The notes under the pieces are model-generated. The model did no database searches and had not been told where the DNA came from. It worked only from the letters and a program-made list of their open reading frames with translations. From the human T2T-CHM13v2.0 reference genome, Homo sapiens: a stretch of DNA of 64,000 bases. The stretch lies in assembly GCF_009914755.1 (NCBI RefSeq), contig NC_060939.1; one strand, given 5' to 3'. Below, piece after piece: positions 1 through 10,300 of the stretch. Each line of letters begins with the position of its first letter. The stretch's first letter is position 1. The position numbers and the translations under genes are program-made.

Positions 1-3000
1 AAATAAAAACTATATAGAAGCATTCCGTAAAACTTCTTTGTGACGTGTGCATTCGTCTCACAGAGTTGAACCTATCTAATGATTGAGCGGTTTTGAAACA
101 CTCATTTTGTAGAACCTGCAAGTGGATATTGGGAGTACTTTGTGGCCTTCTTTGGAAAAGGGAATATCTTCACATAAAAACTACAAAGAAGCATTCTGAG
201 AAACTTCTTTGTGATGTGTGCATTCATCTCACAGTGTTGGACGTTTCTTTTGATAGGGCAGTTTTGAAACACTCTTTTTCTAGAATCTGCAAGTGGATAT
301 TTGGAGCGCTTTGAGGCCTAATGTGGAAAATCAAATATCTTCACATAAAAACTACACAGAGGCATTCTGAGAAACTTCTTTTTTGTGTGTGCATTCAACT
401 CACATAGTTGAAGTAATCTTTGGATTTAGCTGTTTTGAATCTCCTTTTTGCAGAATCTGCAAGTTGATACTTGGAGCCCTGTTTCACCCTATAGTGGAAA
501 AGCAAATGTCTTCACATAAACAAACCCTACAGAGAAGCATTCAGAGAAAGTCCTTTGTGATGTGTGCATTGAACATGCACAGTTGACACTATCTTTTGAT
601 TGTACAGTTTTGAATACGTCTTTTTGTAGAATCTGCAAGTGGAAGTTTGGAGCTGTTTGCACCCTGTGGTGTAAAAGGAAATATCTTCATATAAAAGCTA
701 CACAGAAGCATTCAGAAAGACTTCTTTGTGATGAATGCGTTCCTCACACAGAGTTGAATCTTCCTTTTTATTGAGTAGTATTGAAACCCTCTTTTTGCAG
801 AATAACCAGGTGGATATTTGGAGAGCTTTGAGGCCTGTTTTGGAAAAGCAAATATCTTCAAATTAAAACCACACAGAAGCATTCTGAGAAGCTTCTTTGT
901 GATGTGTGCATTCAACTCTCAGAGTTCAACGTGTCTTATGATGGAGCAGTTTGGAAACACTCTTTTTTGTAGAAACTGCAAGTGGATATGTAGAGCGATT
1001 TGAGGCCTACTGTGGAAAAGCAAATATCTTCACATAACAACTACACAGAAGCACTCCTAGAAACTTCTTTGTGATGTGTGAATTCAACTCACAGAGCTGA
1101 ACCTATCTTTTGATGGAGTAGCTTAGAATCTCTCTTTTTTTAGAATCTGCACGTGGATATTTGGAGCACTTTGAGACCTAAAGTGGAAAAGCAAATATCT
1201 TCACATAAAATCTACATAGAGGCACTCTAAGAAACTTCTTTTTGATGTGTGCATTCACCTCACAGAGCTGAACCGATCCTTCGAGTGACCAGTTTTGAAT
1301 CTCTCTTTTTATACAATCTGCAAGTGGATATTTGGAGCCCTTTGCGGCCTATGGTGGAAAAGGAAATATCTTCAAATAAAAACTACACAGAAGCATTCTG
1401 AGTCCCTATTTTGGAAAAGAAAATATCTTCACTTAAACAACTACGCAGAAATACTGTGAGAAACTTCTTTGTTATGTGAGCATTCAACTCACAGAGTTGA
1501 ACCTATCTTTTGATTGAGCAGTTTTGAATCTCTCATTTTGCAGAATCTGCAAGGGGATATTTGGAGCCCTTTGCGGCCTATGGTGGAAAAGGAAATACCT
1601 TCAAATGAAAAGCACACAGAGGCATTCTGAGAAACTTCCTCGTGATTGTGCATTCAACTCACAGAGTTAAACCTATCTTATGATTGACCAGTTTTGGAAC
1701 ACTCTTTTCATAGGATCTGCAAGTGGATATTTGGCGTGCTTTGAGGCCTATCGTGGAAAAGCAAATAACTTCAGATAAAAACTATACAGAAGCATTCTGA
1801 GAAACTTCTTTGTGATGTGTGCATTGATCTCACAGAGTTGAAAGTGTATTTTGATTGAGCAGTTTTGAAACACTCTTTTTGTAGAATCTGCAAGTGGATA
1901 ATTGGGGAGATTTGAGGTATATTGTGGAAAAGCAAGTATCTTCATATAAAAACTATACAGAAGCTTTCTGAGAAACATCTTTGTGAGGTTTGCATTCAAC
2001 TCACAGAGCTGGAACTATCTTTTGAGTGACCAGTTTTGAATCTCTCTTTTTGTACAATCTGCAAGTGGATATTTGGAGCGTTTTGAGGCCTACATTTGAA
2101 AATCAAATATCTTCCCTTAAAAGCTACACAGAAACATTCTCAGAAATTGTTTGTCATGTGTGCTTTCAAATTACCAAGTTGAACCTACCTTGTGATTGAG
2201 CAGTTTTGAATCTCTCTTTTTGTGGAATCTGCAAGTGGATATTTTTAGCCATTTGCGGACTGTGGTGGAAAAGGAATTATCTTCAAATCCATTCTACACA
2301 GAAGCATTCAGACAAACTTTTTGTGATGAGTGCATTGGTCACACAGAATTGAACCTCTCCTTTGATTGAGCAATTCTGAAACACTCTTTCAGAGGGTCTG
2401 CAAGTGGATATTTTAGAGCTTTGGGACAATTGTGGAAAAGTAAATATCTTCACATAGAAACTACACGGAAGCATTCTGAGAAACTTCTTTGGAGGTGTGC
2501 ATTCAACTCACAGAGTTGAACCTATCTTTTCATTGAGCAGTTTTGAATCTCTCTTTTTGTAGACTCTGCTTGCAGATACTTGGAGAGCTTTGAGGCCTAT
2601 TGTGGAAAAGGAATCATCTTCACATAAAAACACACAGAAGCACTCTGAGAAACTTCTTTGTGAAGTGTGCATTCAACTCACAGAGTTGAACCTATCTTTT
2701 GATTGAGAAGCTTTGAATCTCTCTTTTTGTAGAAGCTGCATGTGGATATTTGGAGACGTTTGTGGCCTATGGTAGAAAAGGCAATATCTTCAAATAAAAA
2801 CTAGACAGAAGCATTTTGAGAAATTTCTCTGTGCTGTGTGCATTCATATCACATGGTTGAAACTACCTTTTGGTTGAGCAGTTTTGAATCTCTCTTTTTG
2901 TAACATCTGCAATGGATATTTGGAGCCCTTTGTGGTCTGTGGTGGAAAAGGAACTATCCTCAAATAAAAACTACACAGAAGTATTCCGAGAAACTTCCTT

Positions 3001-4322
3001 GTGATGTGTGCATTCATCTCACAGGGTTGAACCTTTGGTTTGATTGAGCAGTTTTGAGACAATCTTTCCATAGAATCTGGAAGTGAATATTTGGAGAACC
3101 TTGAGATCTATTTTGGAGAAGGAGATATCTTTATATGAAAACTGCACAGAAGCATTCTGAGAAACATCTTTGTGAGGTGTGCAATGAAGTCACAGAGTTG
3201 AAACTATGTTTTGATTCAGCAGTTTTGAGTCTCTCTTTTTGCAGAATCTGCGAGTGGATATCTGGAGAACTTGGAGGCCTATTTGGAAAAGGAAATATCT
3301 TCACATATAAACTATGCAGAAGCATTTTGAGATTCTTCTTTGTGAGGTGTGCATGCAACTCACAGAGTTGAACTTATCTTTTCCTTGAGCACTTTCATAT
3401 CTCATTTTCTGTAGAATCTGCAAGTGGATATTTGGAGCTCTTTGCACCCTGTGGTGGAAAGGGAACTATCTTCATATAAAAACTACAAAGAAGCATTCAG
3501 AGAAACTTCTTGTGATGAATGCATTCCTCACACAGAGCTGAACCTTTCTTTTTATGGAGCAGTATTGAAACGCTCTTTTTGCAGAATCACCAAGTGGATA
3601 TTTGGAGAGCTTTGGGGCCTGTTTTGGAAAATGAAATATCTTCAAAGTAAAACTACACAGAACCATTCTGAGAAACTTCTTTATGATGTGTGCATTCAAC
3701 TCTCAGAGTTGAACCTACCTTATGATTGAGCAATTTGGAAACACTCTTTTTGTAGAGCCTGCAAGTGGATATTTAGAACGATTTGAGGCCTATTGTGGAA
3801 AAGCAAATATCTTCACATAAAAACTACACAGAAGCATTCTGAGAAACTTCTTTGGCATGTGTGCATTCAACTAACAGTGTTGAACGTATCTTTTGATTGA
3901 GCAGCTTAGAATCTCTCTTTTTGTAGAAAATGCAAGTAGATATTTGGAGCCCCATTTTGCCCTATGGTAGAAAACAAAACATCTTCACATAAAATCTACA
4001 CAGAAGCATTCTGAGAAACTTCTTTGTGATGTTTGCATTGAACTCCCAGAGTCGAACCTATCTTTTGATAGAGCACTTTTGTATCTCTCTTTTTGCGGAA
4101 TCTGCAAGTGGATATTTGGAAAGCTTGAGGCCTATTGTGAAAAAGGAAATATCTTCACATAAAAACTACAGAGAAGCATTCTGAGAAACTTCTTTGTGAG
4201 GCATGGATTCAACCCACAGAGTTGGACTTGTCATTGAGCAGTTTTGAATCGCTCTTTTTGTCGAATCTGCAAGTGGATATTTGGAGCCCTTTGTAACCTA
4301 GGGTGGAAAAGGAAATACCTTC
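1..4322 (+). repeat. HOR copy 1 (4322 bp; phase arbitrary, set at window start)
   Basis: Monomer anchors (GCATTC-like) at about 20, 191, 362, 537, 708, 879, 1051, 1222, 1393, 1451, 1622, 1792, 1963, 2134, 2304, 2471, 2640, 2811, 2981, 3152, 3322, 3493, 3663, 3834, 4005, 4176; the next copy's anchor is at 4342. Private SNVs at 1168, 4251 and 4294. Confidence 0.95.
1393..1450 (+). repeat. Internally deleted 58-bp alpha monomer, present in every HOR copy
   Basis: GCATTCTGAG is joined directly to TCCCTATTTTGGAAAAGAAAATATCTTCAC, skipping ~113-115 bp of monomer body. The same junction appears in all 15 copies (e.g. ~5715, ~10037, ~61895). Confidence 0.93.
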
Positions 4323-7300
4323 AAATAAAAACTATATAGAAGCATTCCGTAAAACTTCTTTGTGACGTGTGCATTCGTCTCACAGAGTTGAACCTATCTA
4401 ATGATTGAGCGGTTTTGAAACACTCATTTTGTAGAACCTGCAAGTGGATATTGGGAGTACTTTGTGGCCTTCTTTGGAAAAGGGAATATCTTCACATAAA
4501 AACTACAAAGAAGCATTCTGAGAAACTTCTTTGTGATGTGTGCATTCATCTCACAGTGTTGGACGTTTCTTTTGATAGGGCAGTTTTGAAACACTCTTTT
4601 TCTAGAATCTGCAAGTGGATATTTGGAGCGCTTTGAGGCCTAATGTGGAAAATCAAATATCTTCACATAAAAACTACACAGAGGCATTCTGAGAAACTTC
4701 TTTTTTGTGTGTGCATTCAACTCACATAGTTGAAGTAATCTTTGGATTTAGCTGTTTTGAATCTCCTTTTTGCAGAATCTGCAAGTTGATACTTGGAGCC
4801 CTGTTTCACCCTATAGTGGAAAAGCAAATGTCTTCACATAAACAAACCCTACAGAGAAGCATTCAGAGAAAGTCCTTTGTGATGTGTGCATTGAACATGC
4901 AGAGTTGACACTATCTTTTGATTGTACAGTTTTGAATACGTCTTTTTGTAGAATCTGCAAGTGGAAGTTTGGAGCTGTTTGCACCCTGTGGTGTAAAAGG
5001 AAATATCTTCATATAAAAGCTACACAGAAGCATTCAGAAAGACTTCTTTGTGATGAATGCGTTCCTCACACAGAGTTGAATCTTCCTTTTTATTGAGTAG
5101 TATTGAAACCCTCTTTTTGCAGAATAACCAGGTGGATATTTGGAGAGCTTTGAGGCCTGTTTTGGAAAAGCAAATATCTTCAAATTAAAACCACACAGAA
5201 GCATTCTGAGAAGCTTCTTTGTGATGTGTGCATTCAACTCTCAGAGTTCAACGTGTCTTATGATGGAGCAGTTTGGAAACACTCTTTTTTGTAGAAACTG
5301 CAAGTGGATATGTAGAGCGATTTGAGGCCTACTGTGGAAAAGCAAATATCTTCACATAACAACTACACAGAAGCACTCCTAGAAACTTCTTTGTGATGTG
5401 TGAATTCAACTCACAGAGCTGAACCTATCTTTTGATGGAGTAGCTTAGAATCTCTCTTTTTTTAGAATCTGCACGTGGATATTTGGAGCGCTTTGAGACC
5501 TAAAGTGGAAAAGCAAATATCTTCACATAAAATCTACATAGAGGCACTCTAAGAAACTTCTTTTTGATGTGTGCATTCACCTCACAGAGCTGAACCGATC
5601 CTTCGAGTGACCAGTTTTGAATCTCTCTTTTTATACAATCTGCAAGTGGATATTTGGAGCCCTTTGCGGCCTATGGTGGAAAAGGAAATATCTTCAAATA
5701 AAAACTACACAGAAGCATTCTGAGTCCCTATTTTGGAAAAGAAAATATCTTCACTTAAACAACTACGCGGAAATACTGTGAGAAACTTCTTTGTTATGTG
5801 AGCATTCAACTCACAGAGTTGAACCTATCTTTTGATTGAGCAGTTTTGAATCTCTCATTTTGCAGAATCTGCAAGGGGATATTTGGAGCCCTTTGCGGCC
5901 TATGGTGGAAAAGGAAATACCTTCAAATGAAAAGCACACAGAGGCATTCTGAGAAACTTCCTCGTGATTGTGCATTCAACTCACAGAGTTAAACCTATCT
6001 TATGATTGACCAGTTTTGGAACACTCTTTTCATAGGATCTGCAAGTGGATATTTGGCGTGCTTTGAGGCCTATCGTGGAAAAGCAAATAACTTCAGATAA
6101 AAACTATACAGAAGCATTCTGAGAAACTTCTTTGTGATGTGTGCATTGATCTCACAGAGTTGAAAGTGTATTTTGATTGAGCAGTTTTGAAACACTCTTT
6201 TTGTAGAATCTGCAAGTGGATAATTGGGGAGATTTGAGGTATATTGTGGAAAAGCAAGTATCTTCATATAAAAACTATACAGAAGCTTTCTGAGAAACAT
6301 CTTTGTGAGGTTTGCATTCAACTCACAGAGCTGGAACTATCTTTTGAGTGACCAGTTTTGAATCTCTCTTTTTGTACAATCTGCAAGTGGATATTTGGAG
6401 CGTTTTGAGGCCTACATTTGAAAATCAAATATCTTCCCTTAAAAGCTACACAGAAACATTCTCAGAAATTGTTTGTCATGTGTGCTTTCAAATTACCAAG
6501 TTGAACCTACCTTGTGATTGAGCAGTTTTGAATCTCTCTTTTTGTGGAATCTGCAAGTGGATATTTTTAGCCATTTGCGGACTGTGGTGGAAAAGGAATT
6601 ATCTTCAAATCCATTCTACACAGAAGCATTCAGACAAACTTTTTGTGATGAGTGCATTGGTCACACAGAATTGAACCTCTCCTTTGATTGAGCAATTCTG
6701 AAACACTCTTTCAGAGGGTCTGCAAGTGGATATTTTAGAGCTTTGGGACAATTGTGGAAAAGTAAATATCTTCACATAGAAACTACACGGAAGCATTCTG
6801 AGAAACTTCTTTGGAGGTGTGCATTCAACTCACAGAGTTGAACCTATCTTTTCATTGAGCAGTTTTGAATCTCTCTTTTTGTAGACTCTGCTTGCAGATA
6901 CTTGGAGAGCTTTGAGGCCTATTGTGGAAAAGGAATCATCTTCACATAAAAACACACAGAAGCACTCTGAGAAACTTCTTTGTGAAGTGTGCATTCAACT
7001 CACAGAGTTGAACCTATCTTTTGATTGAGAAGCTTTGAATCTCTCTTTTTGTAGAAGCTGCATGTGGATATTTGGAGACGTTTGTGGCCTATGGTAGAAA
7101 AGGCAATATCTTCAAATAAAAACTAGACAGAAGCATTTTGAGAAATTTCTCTGTGCTGTGTGCATTCATATCACATGGTTGAAACTACCTTTTGGTTGAG
7201 CAGTTTTGAATCTCTCTTTTTGTAACATCTGCAATGGATATTTGGAGCCCTTTGTGGTCTGTGGTGGAAAAGGAACTATCCTCAAATAAAAACTACACAG

Positions 7301-10300
7301 AAGTATTCCGAGAAACTTCCTTGTGATGTGTGCATTCATCTCACAGGGTTGAACCTTTGGTTTGATTGAGCAGTTTTGAGACAATCTTTCCATAGAATCT
7401 GGAAGTGAATATTTGGAGAACCTTGAGATCTATTTTGGAGAAGGAGATATCTTTATATGAAAACTGCACAGAAGCATTCTGAGAAACATCTTTGTGAGGT
7501 GTGCAATGAAGTCACAGAGTTGAAACTATGTTTTGATTCAGCAGTTTTGAGTCTCTCTTTTTGCAGAATCTGCGAGTGGATATCTGGAGAACTTGGAGGC
7601 CTATTTGGAAAAGGAAATATCTTCACATATAAACTATGCAGAAGCATTTTGAGATTCTTCTTTGTGAGGTGTGCATGCAACTCACAGAGTTGAACTTATC
7701 TTTTCCTTGAGCACTTTCATATCTCATTTTCTGTAGAATCTGCAAGTGGATATTTGGAGCTCTTTGCACCCTGTGGTGGAAAGGGAACTATCTTCATATA
7801 AAAACTACAAAGAAGCATTCAGAGAAACTTCTTGTGATGAATGCATTCCTCACACAGAGCTGAACCTTTCTTTTTATGGAGCAGTATTGAAACGCTCTTT
7901 TTGCAGAATCACCAAGTGGATATTTGGAGAGCTTTGGGGCCTGTTTTGGAAAATGAAATATCTTCAAAGTAAAACTACACAGAACCATTCTGAGAAACTT
8001 CTTTATGATGTGTGCATTCAACTCTCAGAGTTGAACCTACCTTATGATTGAGCAATTTGGAAACACTCTTTTTGTAGAGCCTGCAAGTGGATATTTAGAA
8101 CGATTTGAGGCCTATTGTGGAAAAGCAAATATCTTCACATAAAAACTACACAGAAGCATTCTGAGAAACTTCTTTGGCATGTGTGCATTCAACTAACAGT
8201 GTTGAACGTATCTTTTGATTGAGCAGCTTAGAATCTCTCTTTTTGTAGAAAATGCAAGTAGATATTTGGAGCCCCATTTTGCCCTATGGTAGAAAACAAA
8301 ACATCTTCACATAAAATCTACACAGAAGCATTCTGAGAAACTTCTTTGTGATGTTTGCATTGAACTCCCAGAGTCGAACCTATCTTTTGATAGAGCACTT
8401 TTGTATCTCTCTTTTTGCGGAATCTGCAAGTGGATATTTGGAAAGCTTGAGGCCTATTGTGAAAAAGGAAATATCTTCACATAAAAACTACAGAGAAGCA
8501 TTCTGAGAAACTTCTTTGTGAGGCATGGATTCAACCCACAGAGTTGGACTTGTCATTGAGCAGTTTTGAATCTCTCTTTTTGTCGAATCTGCAAGTGGAT
8601 ATTTGGAGCCCTTTGCAACCTAGGGTGGAAAAGGAAATACCTTCAAATAAAAACTATATAGAAGCATTCCGTAAAACTTCTTTGTGACGTGTGCATTCGT
8701 CTCACAGAGTTGAACCTATCTAATGATTGAGCGGTTTTGAAACACTCATTTTGTAGAACCTGCAAGTGGATATTGGGAGTACTTTGTGGCCTTCTTTGGA
8801 AAAGGGAATATCTTCACATAAAAACTACAAAGAAGCATTCTGAGAAACTTCTTTGTGATGTGTGCATTCATCTCACAGTGTTGGACGTTTCTTTTGATAG
8901 GGCAGTTTTGAAACACTCTTTTTCTAGAATCTGCAAGTGGATATTTGGAGCGCTTTGAGGCCTAATGTGGAAAATCAAATATCTTCACATAAAAACTACA
9001 CAGAGGCATTCTGAGAAACTTCTTTTTTGTGTGTGCATTCAACTCACATAGTTGAAGTAATCTTTGGATTTAGCTGTTTTGAATCTCCTTTTTGCAGAAT
9101 CTGCAAGTTGATACTTGGAGCCCTGTTTCACCCTATAGTGGAAAAGCAAATGTCTTCACATAAACAAACCCTACAGAGAAGCATTCAGAGAAAGTCCTTT
9201 GTGATGTGTGCATTGAACATGCAGAGTTGACACTATCTTTTGATTGTACAGTTTTGAATACGTCTTTTTGTAGAATCTGCAAGTGGAAGTTTGGAGCTGT
9301 TTGCACCCTGTGGTGTAAAAGGAAATATCTTCATATAAAAGCTACACAGAAGCATTCAGAAAGACTTCTTTGTGATGAATGCGTTCCTCACACAGAGTTG
9401 AATCTTCCTTTTTATTGAGTAGTATTGAAACCCTCTTTTTGCAGAATAACCAGGTGGATATTTGGAGAGCTTTGAGGCCTGTTTTGGAAAAGCAAATATC
9501 TTCAAATTAAAACCACACAGAAGCATTCTGAGAAGCTTCTTTGTGATGTGTGCATTCAACTCTCAGAGTTCAACGTGTCTTATGATGGAGCAGTTTGGAA
9601 ACACTCTTTTTTGTAGAAACTGCAAGTGGATATGTAGAGCGATTTGAGGCCTACTGTGGAAAAGCAAATATCTTCACATAACAACTACACAGAAGCACTC
9701 CTAGAAACTTCTTTGTGATGTGTGAATTCAACTCACAGAGCTGAACCTATCTTTTGATGGAGTAGCTTAGAATCTCTCTTTTTTTAGAATCTGCACGTGG
9801 ATATTTGGAGCGCTTTGAGACCTAAAGTGGAAAAGCAAATATCTTCACATAAAATCTACATAGAGGCACTCTAAGAAACTTCTTTTTGATGTGTGCATTC
9901 ACCTCACAGAGCTGAACCGATCCTTCGAGTGACCAGTTTTGAATCTCTCTTTTTATACAATCTGCAAGTGGATATTTGGAGCCCTTTGCGGCCTATGGTG
10001 GAAAAGGAAATATCTTCAAATAAAAACTACACAGAAGCATTCTGAGTCCCTATTTTGGAAAAGAAAATATCTTCACTTAAACAACTACGCGGAAATACTG
10101 TGAGAAACTTCTTTGTTATGTGAGCATTCAACTCACAGAGTTGAACCTATCTTTTGATTGAGCAGTTTTGAATCTCTCATTTTGCAGAATCTGCAAGGGG
10201 ATATTTGGAGCCCTTTGCGGCCTATGGTGGAAAAGGAAATACCTTCAAATGAAAAGCACACAGAGGCATTCTGAGAAACTTCCTCGTGATTGTGCATTCA

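Noticed and set aside
1747-1765. CCTATCGTGGAAAAGCAAA as a possible CENP-B box
   Set aside because: It lacks TTCG in the correct register and lacks CGGG; it is an A-box variant.
3424-3729. Longest ORF (101 aa) and Cys/His/Lys-rich peptides resembling zinc fingers (e.g. HSEKLLCDVCIH)
   Set aside because: No C2H2 spacing or TGEKP linker; the pattern comes from TGTGATGTGTGCATTCA in the satellite consensus.
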